64,000 bases of DNA from Scenedesmus sp. PABB004 (GCA_014905635.1 JABVCE010000027.1:434001-498000), one strand, 5' to 3'; counted from the first letter of the stretch, positions 10,936-23,666 are shown. The notes: generated by a model not told the origin, from the letters alone. Numbers and translations are program-made.

Positions 10936-13164
10936 ATGTCGTCGGCGGCGGCGGCGCGGGCGCGCGCGCTCGCGGCGCTCGCGCGCGCGGCGCAGCGCTG
11001 CTGCCCGGCGCCGCCGGCGCCGGCCGGCCTCGCGGCGTTGTGGGCCGGCGCCGGCACCGCAGCGCCGCCGCCGTGGGCGTCGGCGCCGCCGCCGTGGGCG
11101 TCGGCGCCGGGCTGGCGGGCGTACGCGGACGACGCGGCGCGGCGGCGCCTCGCGGCGGCGCAGGCGCGGCGGCAGCGCGAGGCGGACGCCGCCGCGGCGC
11201 GCGCCGCCGCGGCGCGCGCCGCCGCGGCAGCGCCGCCCCCGCCGGACGCGGCGTCGTCGGCGCCGCCGCCGGCCGCGCCCGGCCCCGGCACCGCGCTCGC
11301 GCCGTCGGACGCGCCGCCGAGCGCGGCGGCGGTGCGGGCCGTGGTGGGGCACGACGCGCTCGTCGTGACGCGCGCGGTCGAGTGGTGCGGGCGCCGCGCC
11401 GGCCCGCGCCGCGCCGCCCTCGCCCGCGTGCCGCCCGCACTGCGCCGGCCGACCCGCCGCGGCCGCGGCCGTGCGCACGCGCAGGGGCACAATGCTGCTG
11501 GGGTTTGAGCAGGCGACCAAGTACACGGTGTACGACCAGGAGGGCGGCGTGGTCGCGCTCATCGCGGAGGAGGGCGGCGGCCTCGGCACCGAGGTCGCGC
11601 GCCAGCTGCTGCGCACGCGCCGCTCCTTCACCAGCACCGTGCTCTCGGCCGACGGTGCGCGCAGCGCGGCGCGCGCGGGGGGCTGGGCCGGGCGCCCGCG
11701 CGCGGCGCGGCGCGGCGCGGCGCGACGCGCGCCGCCGCGCGTCGCAGGCTCGCAGGTCGTGCTGCGCGTGCGGCGGCCGGCGTACCTCATCAGCAGCACG
11801 ATGTACATCGAGGACCCGCAGGTGCCCGGGGGGGGGGCTGGGCGGCGCGCCGGGCGCTGGGCCGTGGGCTGGGCCGCGGGCTGCGCGTCGCCGCTGGCCG
11901 GCCCCCGCCGGCGCCCCGCGCCTGCGGCGGTCGACCCCGCCACCGCGCCGCGGCGCCCGCCGCCGCCGCCGGCGCAGGGCGGCGTGGTGGGCGAGGTGCG
12001 TCAGCGCTGGCACCCCTGGCGCCGGCTGTACGACCTCTACCTGGGGCGCACCCAGTTTGCGGCGATCGCGGGCGGGCTGTGGGCGTGGGAGTTTGAGCTC
12101 AAGGGCGCCGACGGCGCGACGCTCGCGCTCATCGACAGGTGGGGTGGGCTGGGGTGCCACCCCCGCAGCGCGGGGGGAGCGGGGGAGCGGGGCGGGGGCT
12201 CCCACGTGGCTCGCTGCGCGCGCGCGCGCGCGGCGGCGCGCGCGCCCAACCCTTCCTCCTCGCCGCGCCGCCCCGCGCCGCCGCACCCGCCCCCCTTGGC
12301 CCGGCTCCCGCCTCGCAGGAACTTCCAGGGCTTTGCCAAGGAGCTGTTCACCGACGCGGGCAAGTACGTGGTGCACTTTGGCATGGCCCCGCCCGACGCC
12401 GCCGCGGCGGCGAGCCGCACGCTCGAGGCGCGCAGCGGCACGGCGGGCGTCGCCGTCACGCCGCTCGCGCAGGCGCGCACAGATGTCGCGGTCATCCCAA
12501 CCGTCACGGGCAGCCAGCTGGTGCGGCGGCGCGGCGCGCCGCAGCCCCCGCGCCGCCGCAGCGCTTGCCAGCGCCGCCGCCGACGCCGCGGCGCGCGCGC
12601 GCGCAGGTCGTGCCGCGCCCGCTGCCGCTGAGCGAGCGCCTGGTCTGCCTCGCGGCGGCGATCAGCATCGACTATGACTTTTTCAGCCAGCACTCGGCGC
12701 ACTCGGGCTTCTTCGGGCCCCCGCTCTTCATGCCCGTGCCGCTGCCCGGCGGCGGCGTCGGCGGCGCCGCGGGCGCGGCGGGCGAGGCGGCCGGCGGCGC
12801 GGGCGGCGCGGCGGCGGGCGGCGCGGTCGCGGGCGAGGCGGCCGGCGGCGCGGGCGCCGGGCCCGGCCTGGACGTGGCGCCGCCGCCGCCGCCGCCGCCC
12901 GGCGGCGGCCTCGACGGCGGCGCCGACGCGGGCGTCAGCGGCTTTGGCGCGGCGGGGCAGCAGCCGGCGTTTGGGGACGAGGCGGAGAGCTTCCGCTGGG
13001 ACGACGGCGGCGGCGCCGCCGGCGGCGGCGGCGGCGGCGAGGAGGGCGGCTGGGGCGGCATGTTTGGCGGCGGCAGCGAGAGCGGCGGCGGCGGCGACGA
13101 GGGGGGGCCGTCGGGCCTGTGGGGCGTGCTGGTCGGCATCTGGGCGATGCTGTTTGGCGAGTGA
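10936..13164 (+). CDS. Phospholipid scramblase family protein (AIM25-like, probable mitochondrial presequence)
   Basis: LVVTRAVEW/GTMLLGFEQATKYTVYD, RQLLRTRRSFT, GEVRQRWHPWRRLYDLY, W.FEL..LALIDR/NFQGFAKELFTDAGKYVVHF, ERLVCLAAAISIDYDFFSQHS; Gly-rich tail. Confidence 0.92.
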
Positions 13165-13352
13165 CCGAGCAGCAGGAGGGGTGCACAGCGCGCAGCGTGC
13201 AGCGGGGAGCGGCGACGCGCCTGCTGCAACAGGCAGGCCGGGGCGCGCGCCGCAGCGAGCGTTACGTTCCGCGCCGCCGCCCTCTCTCCTGCGCGCAGCA
13301 GCAGCGCAGTGGCGCCGCGCCCGGCCGGCCCCCAGCGCGCGCGGCCGCGCCG

Positions 13353-14038
13353 TCAGATCAGCACGCCCGCGCCGCCCTTGGCGCCGCCCTCGGGCGGCTT
13401 GGCGCCGGCGGGCTTGCGCGGCGCCGGCGGCTCGCCGTCCTCGCCCGGCTGTGCGAGGCGGATCTTGTACTTGGCCTGGAAGGCAGCCAGCGCCTTCTGC
13501 TGCGCCTCCAGCTGCGACGTGAGCTGCGACATCACGCTGCCCAGGCCCTCGCGGTTGCGCCGCACTGCGCAGCGGCGGCGCGCGGCGGCGCGGCGGCGCT
13601 GGAGCGCCGCGGCGCGCGGCCGCGCGCCGCCGCCGCCGCAGCCGCCGAGGCCCCGCGCGCCCCCCCCCCCCGCCTCTCCCCCTCTCCCTCTCTGCCCGCC
13701 GCACCCGCCGGCAGCGTTTCCGCGACGGTGCGCTCGACGAGGACGTCGCCGATCATGCGGTAGCAGCGCCGCGCCGGGTCCATCGGCTCCAGCTGCTTGA
13801 TGACCAGGTCGTGCTCCGCAGCCTCTGCGCCAGCGCCGCGCGCCGAGGGCGTGGGCGCGGCGGTCGCGCGGCGGCGGGCGCGCTGCGGCGCGGGCGCCCC
13901 GCGCGCGGCGCAGCGGCGGCGCGCACCCGCTTCGATGTCGTTGAGCTTTGCGAACAGCGTGCTCATGCCCTGCCGCAGCTCCTGGAAGCGCGCCAGCACC
14001 GCCTGCTCGCTCTTGAGCTCCGGCTCCGGCGACGCCAT
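13353..14038 (-). CDS. PFD2: Prefoldin subunit 2
   Basis: EQAVLARFQELRQ...EHDLVIKQLEPMDPARRCYRMIGDVLVERTVAETLPA/VRRNREGL...FQAKYKIR...GVLI*. Confidence 0.95.
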
Positions 14039-14523
14039 CGCGCCACCGGGCGCTGCGGCGCTGCTGCGCGGCTGCGTCTGCAGCGGCGGCCGATCCCGCG
14101 CCGGCGACACGCGGCTGGCGGCGGCGCGGCGCGTGCGGGTCTGCTGAGACGACGGCCCTGCGCTGTGTTGCGGATCTGGGGGCCGGGCGAGCGCGCGGCT
14201 GCCGCGGAAGGCGTTCGCGCGCGCACAGCAGCAGGCGGGCGGGGCAGGGCGCGCGGCTTTGCGGGCGGGCGGGGTGCGAGGCGAGATGATCGCTGGGCGT
14301 CGGACGAGAGGGCGCGGCGGCGCGGGAGCGGGGGCCGCCGGGAACCGCGCCATCGTAACTCGCGAGCGCCTCCCGCGCTCCCCGCGCACCGACAAGCCGC
14401 CGCGCCCCGCCCACGCACGCACACCGACCCCGGCCACCCACCGCGGCATCGCAGCGCCGCACCAGCACGCCAGGGCGGCAGGGAGGGCGTGTGCTGCTGC
14501 TCGCGGCCTTGCTGCGCGCGGCC

Positions 14524-14709
14524 ATGTCGGCCTACGGCGGCGCCTTTGGCGCGGCGCCGGTGGGCGACGCGGCGTGCGACTACATCTGCGGCAGCTGCGG
14601 CAGCCCGACCAAGCTCAAGCACGGGGAGCCCATCCAGTGCCGCGAGTGCGGCTACCGCATCCTTTACAAGAAGCGCACGCGCAAGGTGGTCCAGTTCGAG
14701 GCCCGGTGA
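14524..14709 (+). CDS. RPB12: RNA polymerase I/II/III shared subunit RPABC4
   Basis: YICGSCG...IQCRECGYRILYKKRTRKVVQFEAR*; intronless. Confidence 0.98.
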   Translation: MSAYGGAFGAAPVGDAACDYICGSCGSPTKLKHGEPIQCRECGYRILYKKRTRKVVQFEAR

Positions 14710-15612
14710 CACCCCGGCCGCGGCGAAGCGCAGGCGAGCCGCCGCCGGCCGGCGGCTGGCGGCAGCAGCGGAGCAGTCGTCGGCGGCAGCGGCGTGCGGG
14801 CCTGCGCGCAGCGTGCGGCAGCCGCCAGCTCGCAGGACAGGCGTGGTGGCGCGTCAGCACTGCTGACGGCGGGCTGCGGCGCACGCCATGCGGCCGCAGC
14901 AAGCGCACACGGGCGGCTGCGGCACCGGCGGCTGGCGCAGCAGCCAGCCGACTGCGGCGCGGGCGGGGCGGGGCGGGACCTAGGCAGCGGGCGGGAGGGT
15001 AGCGTAGCGCTTTCATTGCGCGCCGCCGCGGCGCCGCCGCGCCCCGCCACGCAGCTGGCGGGCGGGGTGCGGGGCGGCGGCCGGCGGCGCGGCCTGCAGC
15101 GGCAGCAGGCGAGCCGCAGGCGCGGCTTGCGGCTGTGTTGGTGACGGACGCCGTGAGCTTGGCGACCGCGACTGTCGGCCGTCTGGACCTCCTGTAACGG
15201 AGCGACTCGCGCCCCGGCTGGCCACGGCACGGCGCGCGCGGCGCGCTGTCAGCGCGAGCCCTGGCGACGCGTCTGCAGTGCTGCGGACTGGCGGGCAGCC
15301 GCGCGGCAGGGACCGCTGGGAGTTACACCGCCGCCGCCACGCAGGCGGCGCACAGAGTTCAAGCCGGCGCCGGCGCGGCGCGGCGTAAAAAGGGACTGAT
15401 CGGTGGTGGCTTCAGTGCTGCTGCGCCCGCCGCGTCGAAGGCGAGCGCAGAGTTAAGCCCCCGCCGGCTTGACCGGTCAAGTCAGGCGTCGCAGCTCCTG
15501 CAGCGAGCAATTCGGGATGACTGATGCTGCCGGGCACCGGCCTCGACGCAGGCCGAGAGCAAGAGCGTGGACGGGGCGCCGCGGAGCGGCAGACGGCGCG
15601 CCAGGGGGGCGC

Positions 15613-16211
15613 CTACCTCCCCCAGCCCCACCCGGAGCCCCACCCGCCGTTGCCCCACCCGCCGTTGTTGTAGCCGCCGTTGCCCCACCCGCCATTGTAG
15701 CCGCCGTTGCCCCAGCCGCCGTTGCCCCAGCCGCCTGCGCGGGGCGGGCAGTGGCGGCGGCGGCGCGTTAGGGCGGCTCCCCGAGCCGAGCGGCCGCGGG
15801 CCCGGCCAGGCCTGGCCAGGCGGCCATGGCCGCCCTGCGCGCCGCGGCGGCGCGCGCACCCCAGTTGTTGTTCTGGTAGCGGTTGTCGTCCCAGTCGTGG
15901 TCTGTCGAGCGGCGGTGGCGGCGCGCGTCGGGGGGCGTCAGGCGTGCGCCGCGGGGCGTGCCGCGCGGCCTGCCAGCGCGCGCGCGTCGCTCACCCCTGG
16001 GCTGGTAGTAGCCGTCTCCGTGCCGCCCCTCGCCGCCGCCCCAGCCGTCGTCGTGGTCGGCGGCGGCCATCAGCTTGCGCGGGCCGCGCAGCAGCGCGCC
16101 GCCGGCGGGCTGGTGCTGGTGCCGGCGGCCGGCGTCGAGCGCGGCCGCAGAGGTCACCAGCAGGCAGACGCCGAGCGCAAGCGCCAGCATCGCGGCGCGG
16201 GAGGGCCTCAT
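15613..16211 (-). CDS. Small secreted Gly/Trp/Asn-rich protein (3 exons)
   Basis: Signal peptide MRPSRAAMLALALGVCLLVTSAAA; exons 16211..15995, 15901..15860 and ~15734..15613 join in phase to give ...RKLMAAADHDDGWGGGEGRHGDGYYQPRDHDWDDNRYQNNNWGGWGNGGWGNGGYNGGWGNGGYNNGGWGNGGWGSGWGWGR*. A TGTAA poly(A)-like signal lies on the minus strand near 15325. Confidence 0.85.
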
Positions 16212-16649
16212 CGCGGCAGCGGTGTGGTGCTTGCTGCCTGGGTGGGGAGGGGGTGGGCGGAAGGGGAGCGCGGGGGCCTGCGCGTGTGAGTGCCAGCGCG
16301 ACGCCGCCAGCCGCCGCGCCCTCGCCTGTGCGCTGCGTGCCGCGCGAGCTCGCGAGCAGCTTTGTCTCACCTTTTCGGTGCTCTAGAGAGCCTGCCGTGC
16401 AGTGAAGGCTGCTCGGCGCGAGCTTTGAGGGCGCGAGCGCGGGAAGCGGTTGATTACTCGATAAGCGAGCGCCTAACGCAGCCCGGACGCACCGCGTATG
16501 AGCTCTGTGCTGCACGCCAGCAGCTGCAAATCAGGCGCGCGCGCTTTATGGGCCGGCGGCAGCTGCTCGCCGTCAGCTCGAGCAGCTGCGCGCGGCCGTA
16601 CGGTCGCGATCGCGGTCACACACCGGTGCCGGGAGTGAGTCCGTTGCCC

Positions 16650-19600
16650 TCACGCCGCGGCGGGGCGCAGCGCGGCGGCCAGGTTGGCGCGCAGGCGCGG
16701 CGCGAGCGCGCAGAGCTCCACCACCAGGTCTACCTCGACGGCGTACAGCACCACCATGCCCTGCGCGCGCAGCCACGCTGGGTGCCGCAGCTCGGCACCA
16801 CCGCCACCGTCCAGGGCGGCCACCGCGCACGAAGGCAGCACCGCGGGGCCGACCACGCGGGCCAGCGCGCCCGCCGCCTCCAGCTTGGTCGCTGCCGCGG
16901 GCAGCGCCGCCGGCACGCTCAGCACGGGCCGCAGCCGCGCGCCCGTGCGCGGCGCGCCGGCGGCGGGCGGCCCGGCCGCGGCGCCCCGCCCGCCGCCCGC
17001 CTCGACGTCGGCGGCCGCGGGCGCGGTCAGGTCGACGCGCGGGTCGCACGCCTGCGCGCGCGCCGCGCGCTGCCGCTGGCTGTCGGCGCCGCGGCGCAGC
17101 AGCCGGCTGTTTGGCCACGCCGCGTCCATGCACGCGTCCCCGCGCAGCACCGAGGCGAGCTCGTCCGACAGCAGCGCGCCCGGCGCAACCGCGAGCACCG
17201 TGCCGTGGCGCAGCAGCCAGAGCTCGGTCAAGGGCGCGCCGCGCTCCGCCAGGCTCTGCCCCGGTGCGGCGATGCGCCGGCGCAGCGCGGCGAGCAGCAC
17301 AATCACCACCGGCTCCGGCACGCCTGCGTGCGGGTGTGGGTTTCTTTTGTGCGTGAGCGCGAGTGAGCCGCTCGTCACACAAGGCGGCGGCGGCGGCGGC
17401 GGCGGCGCGAGGGCCGCGCGGCCCGCGCGCCCGCACCGTCTGCGAGGCCCTCCAGCAGCGCGCAGCAGCTGTGCCGCAGCACGCTGCTGACGAGGCGGCC
17501 GCGCAGGCCCGCCGGCAGCGCCTCCACGACCTCGGCCCACTCCCGCTGCTCCTGCTCGATGCGCGTCCACACAAAGTAATAGTACCTGCGGCGCGCGGTG
17601 AGGGTGGGGCGCGGCGACGGTGGGCGCGGGGGGGGGGGGGGGGCGGGCGGGTGTGGGAGGCGGGCGGGGGTGCGGGCAGGGCGGCAGGCGAGGGGTGCGG
17701 GCGGGCGCACCGGTACACGTCTTGCTCCACGCTGCGCGAGCAGACGCGCCTGCGGAAGAAGCTGCGCCGCACGGGGCGGTGCGTCGGGCGTCGTCGGCGG
17801 CGGCGGCGGCGGTGCGTTGGGCGCGGCGGCGGCGGGCGCACCGGTGCACCTCCAGCGCCGCGCGCCGCCGCCGCCGCACCGGTCGAGGTGGGCAACCTTT
17901 GCGCGGAACGCCTCGCTCCGCTGCGCGGCGGGGCTTGAGGAGTTGAGGATGCCCGCGACGGTGCCGATGATCACGCTCATGAACTGGTCAACGGGCGGTC
18001 AACAGGCGGTCAACGGGCGGTCAACAGGCGGTCAACAGGCGGTCAAAAGGGCGATCAAGAGGGCGGTCAACGGGGGTCGGCGGGGGTCTGGGCAACTGGG
18101 CGCCGCCGCACCAGGGCGCCCGCGAGCTGCATGAGGATGGCCACCACCATCTCGCCGCCGTTTCGCGGCACGACGTCGCCATACCCGGTGGTGGTGATGG
18201 TCGTCACCTGTGGCGGTGGACGCGCGGCGCGGGGCGGCGAGGCGGCGCTGGCGTCGCGTGGGCGGACGCGCGCGCGCGCGGCGGCGCGCGCGCCGCGGCA
18301 CCGCGCCGCAGAGCGCGCGGCGGCGCGTGGGCGGCGCGCCGTGAAGTAGAGTGCCGCCAGATACTTGGTGCCCGCGCTCGCGTCAGTCAGGTCGCGCCCG
18401 CCGACGTCCTCCAGCCTGGCGGCGCCGGCGCGGCGCGGCGCGGCGCGGCGCGGGGCCGGTCACCTCCGCCCCCGCCGCGGGCGCCGCTCCCTCCTTCGGC
18501 AACGTGCCGCGCCCCCCGGCCCGGCCCGCGCCGCGCCCCCGCGCCCCTGCGCGGCGCGCGCACCAGGTCGCGTGCGAGTGCGTGCGGGTCATGGCGTACC
18601 AGAGGCACGCCAGGAGGTTGATGATCGCGAGGCCGCTGTAGCTCAGGGACAGCAGGAACCACGTGCCCGCGCTCACCTGCCGGGGCAGGGCGCGGCGGCG
18701 GGCGCGGGCTGGGGCTCGGCGCGCGCCGGCGCGCGCGGCCCCGCCGCCGCCGCCGCGCCGCGCGCGCTGCCGCCGAGCGCCGCGCGCCGGCCGCACCAGG
18801 CGCCGGCTGGAGTGCGGCGCGAGCTCGCCGCGCGAAAGGCTCTTCACCAGGCTCAGCACGCGCAGCAGGCGGCTGAGGCGCAGCAGCAGCATCGCGGTGA
18901 GCAGCCCCGGCGCGGTCGGCGGCCCCACGAGCGGCGCCACGATCTGCAGGCTCCAGGGCAACACGGTCGCGAGGTCGAGCCAGAACGTGCCGGCGCTGCG
19001 GTACACCGCCGCGACGCCTGCCCCGTTTGCGACGAGGAGCTGGTAGAGCCCCGCGCTCACGCGCACGGGCGTGTGCAGCGACACGACCATGTGCGCCGCA
19101 AACACGCACCCCGCGGCCGCGTCGAGCACAAACATCGCCCTGTGGTGTGTGTGTGTGTGGGGGGGGGGGGGTGGGGGGGGGGGGGCGGCGGCGGCGGCGG
19201 TGGTGGTGGTGGCGTGTGGTGTGTGTGGCAAGAGAAAGGGAGGGGGGGGGGCACTGGGCGTCAGGGTGCCGGCCGCGTGCGCGCCGCGGCCTGGCCGCCG
19301 AGCCGCGCCCCCGCCGCGCCGCGCCGCACCGCGCGGCCTCGCTGACGAGGCTGTAGCGCCGCACCATCGCGAGGGTGATGGGCAGGAAGAACGTGGTGTA
19401 GGTCAAATCCACGGCCATCACGAGCTTGGCCCAGGCCCAGGAGAACGTTGACCTGCGCGGCGCAGCGCGTGCGCGGCGCGAGTGTGCGCGGCGCAGCGTG
19501 CGCGCGTGCGGCCAGCGCACGGCGCGCGCGCGTGGGACTGGCGCCCGGCGCCGCCGCCGCGGCGCACCCCTCGGCCAGCAGCGGCAGGCCCAGCACCGAG

Positions 19601-20046
19601 CGGCCGCGCCCGCTGCAGGCGCCCGCCGCCTGCGCGCGCAGCTGCTGGCAGTTGAGGCGCCAGAGGAAGGCCGGCGACACCTCCACCGTCTCCACCGTCA
19701 GCCGCTGCGCCGTGTACAGCGCCTCTGCAGCGGGGCGGCGCGGCGCGGTCGGCGCGGCCGGCCGCGCGTGACTGGCGCTCGGCGCCGCGCGGCGCCGCTC
19801 GGCACAGCTCGGCGCCGCACCCTTGTCCTCCTCGCCCAGCGCGTCCAGGCTGGCCAGGTCGTCGGCCAGGTCAGCCGCCGAGCCGTGCGGCGCTGCTGCT
19901 GCTGCTGCTGCTTTTGCTGCTGCTGCCGCCGCGGGCGGCGGCTTCACCGCCTCGACCGGCTTGACCGGCGGCGGCGGCGCAGCAGCGGCGGGCGCTGCTG
20001 CCGCCGCGGCCGCGGCCGCCGAGCCCGCCTCCGCCGGCGGCTGCAT
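16650..20046 (-). CDS. Voltage-gated K+ channel with C-linker and cyclic-nucleotide-binding-like domain
   Basis: S4 LLRLSRLLRVLSLVK, S5 IINLLACLWY, pore KYLAALYFT/VTTITTTGYGDVVPRN, S6 FMSVIIGTVAGIL, C-linker VVEALPAGLRGRL. Confidence 0.9.
17986..18074. repeat. Intronic 11-12 bp tandem repeat (ggtcaacRggc) x8
   Basis: Direct reading; abuts the 3' splice site of a K+ channel intron. Confidence 0.92.
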
Positions 20047-20389
20047 CGGCCGGCGATCGCAGGAGTCAGTGGGCCATCGCGGAGAAGGCTCCGCGCTCAG
20101 GCCAGGCCAGCAGCGACGGCGGCGACTGCTCGTGCGCTGCGCAGCGACGGCTGGCTGCTCCGTGATCGCTGCTCGGTGTCGATGGGTGTGCGGGGCGGTG
20201 TCGAAGGGTGTGCGAGGGCGGCAGGCGCAGCTGAACGGCTCGGCGTCGCGTGCTTGCGCGGCTTTTTGCCGGCGCGCGCGGCCGCCTCGGTGCAGCGCCT
20301 GAGCTGAGCGCACCAACCAGGCCACAGGGCACGGTGACGCCCCGAGCGAGCGTCACCGACGCGGCCGCCGCTGCCGCGCGCTCGCGCGC

Positions 20390-21929
20390 TCACGCGCCGG
20401 GCGCGGCCAGCCCCGCCGCCGCGAGCGCGTAGCGCGCGAGCGCGAGCGAGGAGGTGAGGCCCGGCGACTCCACGCCGTACAGGCAGACCAGGCCCGCCAC
20501 GCCGTGGTCGGCGGGGCCGGAGAGCACAAAGTCGGCGGCCGGCTCCCCCGGGCCGCTGACCTTGGGGCGCACGCCCGCGTACCCCGGCGCCAGCGCGCCG
20601 TCGGGCAGGGCCGGCCAGTAGCGCCGGATGGCGGCGTAGAACGCCGCGCCGCGGCCCGGATCGACGGCGTAGTCGGCGGCGCCCGGCGCGCCGCGGTGCG
20701 GGAGCCACTCGACGTCGGGCCCAAACTTGGCCGCCCCGCCCAGGTCGAGCGTGAGGTGCACGCCCAGGCCGCCCAGGCCGTCCTCCGGCAGCGGGTAGAT
20801 GAGCCGCCTGAACGGCGGCGGCACCCTGGCCAGGGCAAAGTAGCTGCCCTTGGCGAGGTGCTGCGGTGGCACGGACCGCGACGGCAGCCCCGCGACGCGC
20901 GCCGCGAGCGCCTGCGCGCCCAGGCCCGCCGCGTTGACCAGCGCGCGCGCCGCGACGCGGCTGACGGCGCCGCTGGGCACGTCCAGCACCTCCACGACCA
21001 GCCGCCGCGCCGGCGGGCGGCCGGCGGGCGCGCCGCCGGCGCCAAAGCCGCCGCGCGGCTCCGCGGTCACGCCCAGCGCGCGGCTGTGCGTCGCGAGCAC
21101 CGCGCCCGCCGCCTGTGCGTCGGCGAGCAACGAGGCCATGTACCTGTGGCTGTCAAACACGCCCGTGCTCGGCGACAGCAGCGCCGCCGCGCCCGCGAGC
21201 GCCGGCTCGAGCGCGCGCGCCTCGTCGCCGCCCAGCAGCTCCAGGTCGGCCACGCCGTTTGCCGCGGCGCGCGCCTGCAGCGCGCGCAGCTCCGGCAGCT
21301 GGCTGCGGCGGGCGCGGCGCCGCGCGGCACACAGGGGCGGGGCGCGGCGGCGCTCGGCCGCGTGTGCCGCGCGCGGCGTCGCGCCGCCGCCGCGCAGCGC
21401 GCGCTGCCCCGTGGTCCCCGCGCGCGCGGCGCGCCCCGCCCCCTCCGCGCCCGTCCCCTCTGCGCCCGGCCCCTCTGCGCCCGGGCGCTGCGCGCCTGTG
21501 CCGTGCCGCGACGATGAGCTTGCCGAGGCGCGCGTGGGGCAGGCCCCGGGCGCCCAGGTAGGCGTACAGCGCCGCCCGCCCCTCCACGCACGCGCGCGCC
21601 TTGAGGCTGCCGGGGGCGTAGTAGATGCCGGCGTGGATGACCTCGCTGTGCCGCGCGCTCGTGCCGGTGCCCCACGTCGGCTCCGCCTCGAGCAGCAGCA
21701 CCTCGGCGCCACCCAGCGCGGCGGCGCGCGCGCACGCCAGCCCCACCACGCCCGCGCCCACCACCACGCAGTCGACCTCGCCGTCCACGTCGCGCCCCGC
21801 CGCCGCAGCGCCGCTGAGGCCCGCGGCCGGCGCGGCAGGCGCGGCGGCAGGCGCAGCGGCAGGCGCGGCAGCGCCGCGGCCGCCCGCGCGCAGCAGGGAC
21901 GCCGCGGCGCGCAGGCGGGCCACCAGCAT
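20390..21929 (-). CDS. L2HGDH: L-2-hydroxyglutarate dehydrogenase, mitochondrial
   Basis: [87 protein letters not shown]. Confidence 0.95.
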
Positions 21930-22257
21930 GTGAGGCTGTCCGCAGAGCGTCCTGCTCGTGCGCCAGCGGCCAGAGCGTTTGGGACCGGCTGGGGAGCGGG
22001 GCGCGCCGCTGACCGCCGCTGCTGCCGCACCGCCGCTGCCGCCGCCGCTGCTGGGCTGCGCGAGCTGGCGCAGGTGGCGCGTCAGACGCGGGAGTGTGCG
22101 GGCCACGAGCCAGGACCGGGCCCCCAGAACAGCTCGACCACCTGGCGCGCTCCTGGCACGCACCCAGCACTAGCGCTCAGCTCAGCCAGCCCAAAGCTTC
22201 TGAATCACCTCAGCTTGCACTACGGCGCATCGAATTGCCCGCTCCATGCGCACAGCG

Positions 22258-23513
22258 ATGCAGGCCCGGCAGCTCGCACGGGCGCTCGGCGGCGCCGCCC
22301 GCGCCGCGTGGCGGCAGCCGCGCGCCACGCAGGCCGCGGCGTACAGCAGCGACGCGGCAGGCGGCCCAGGTGCGCCCGTGGCAGCGGCCCGCCGCGGCGC
22401 GTCGGCAGCGCCGCGTTGCTGCTCCGCTGGCCACACAGCGCCGCGTCGGCGCCAGCGGCGCTGGCGGCTCAGGCGGGGGCCTGCGCGCGTGCTCGCAGTG
22501 TACGTGGTGTTTGGTGCCTCGGGCGGCATCGGCAGCGCGCTGAGCCGGCGGCTGCTCGCGCAGCCGGGCGCGACGGTCGTGCTGGCGGGGCGGGACGAGG
22601 CCAAGCTCGGCGCGCTCGCGGCCAGCCTGGGCGGCGGCGTGCCGCTGGTCGGCGACCCGTTGGACCCCAAGCAGGCCGAGGCGGTGATCACCCAGGCCGT
22701 TGCGGCGCACGGGCGGCTGGACGGCGTGGCCAACTGCGTGGGCAGCATCGTGCTCAAGAGCGCCCACACGACGAGCGACGCCGAGTTTGACGCCGTGAGC
22801 GCCGCGGGCTTGCGCGGGCTGGCGCGGCGCGTGCCGGCCGAGGCCCGGCGGCCTGCGCTGGCTCGCCCGCCGCTCACCGCCGCGCCGCCCCCGCCCCCGC
22901 CCCCGCCCCCGCCCCCGCCCCACCGCGCCGCCCCGCCGCCGCGGCGGGCAGGTGCTGCGCACCAACCTGTACAGCTGCTTTCACGTGCTGCGCCCGGCGG
23001 TCAAGGCGATGATGCGCGGCGGCGGCGGGTCCATCGCGTTCTGCACCTCCGCCGTTGCGCGGCACGGCATCCCAAACCACGAGGCCATCGCCGCCGCAAA
23101 GGCGGGCGTCACGGGTGCGGCGACCACCCGCGCGCCGCGCGGCCGCCGCGTGGCCTCCCCGGCCGGCGCCAGCGCGCACGCGCCGGGCCCGCGCAGGCAG
23201 AGCCGCCGCCCCGCCGCGCGTCGTCGTCCGCGCCCGCGCAGGTCTGATGCTGTCCGCGGCGGCGACGTACGCGCCCAAGAACGTGCGCGTCAACGCGGTC
23301 GCGCCGGGGCTGACGCGCACGCCGCTCGCGAGCCGCATCACCGGCAACCCCGCGGCGCTCGCGGCGAGCGAGGCGATGCACCCGCTCAAGCGCGTCGGCG
23401 AGGCGGACGAGGTTGCGGCGGCGCTGGAGTTCCTGCTGCGCCCCGACAACAGCTTCATCACCGGCCAGGTGCTCGGCGTCGACGGCGGGCTGGGCAGCGT
23501 CAAGGCGCAGTGA
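22258..23513 (+). CDS. Short-chain dehydrogenase/reductase (FabG-like), probable organellar presequence
   Basis: VFGASGGIG, GRLDGVANCVGS, NHEAIAAAKAGV (non-canonical, no catalytic Tyr), VRVNAVAPGLTRTP, FITGQVLGVDGG. Confidence 0.9.
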
Positions 23514-23666
23514 CACGCGCGGCCGCGCGGCGCGCGCCGCATCGCGGCAGTGCGGGCGGGCACTGGCGGCGGCCGGCCCGAGTAACGAGCAGTCACACCG
23601 CCGCCCCCGCCGGCCAGGGGCCGCCGCGCGGCTGTCCGGAGTAGCCCGCACGCGCGCTGCCGCCGC

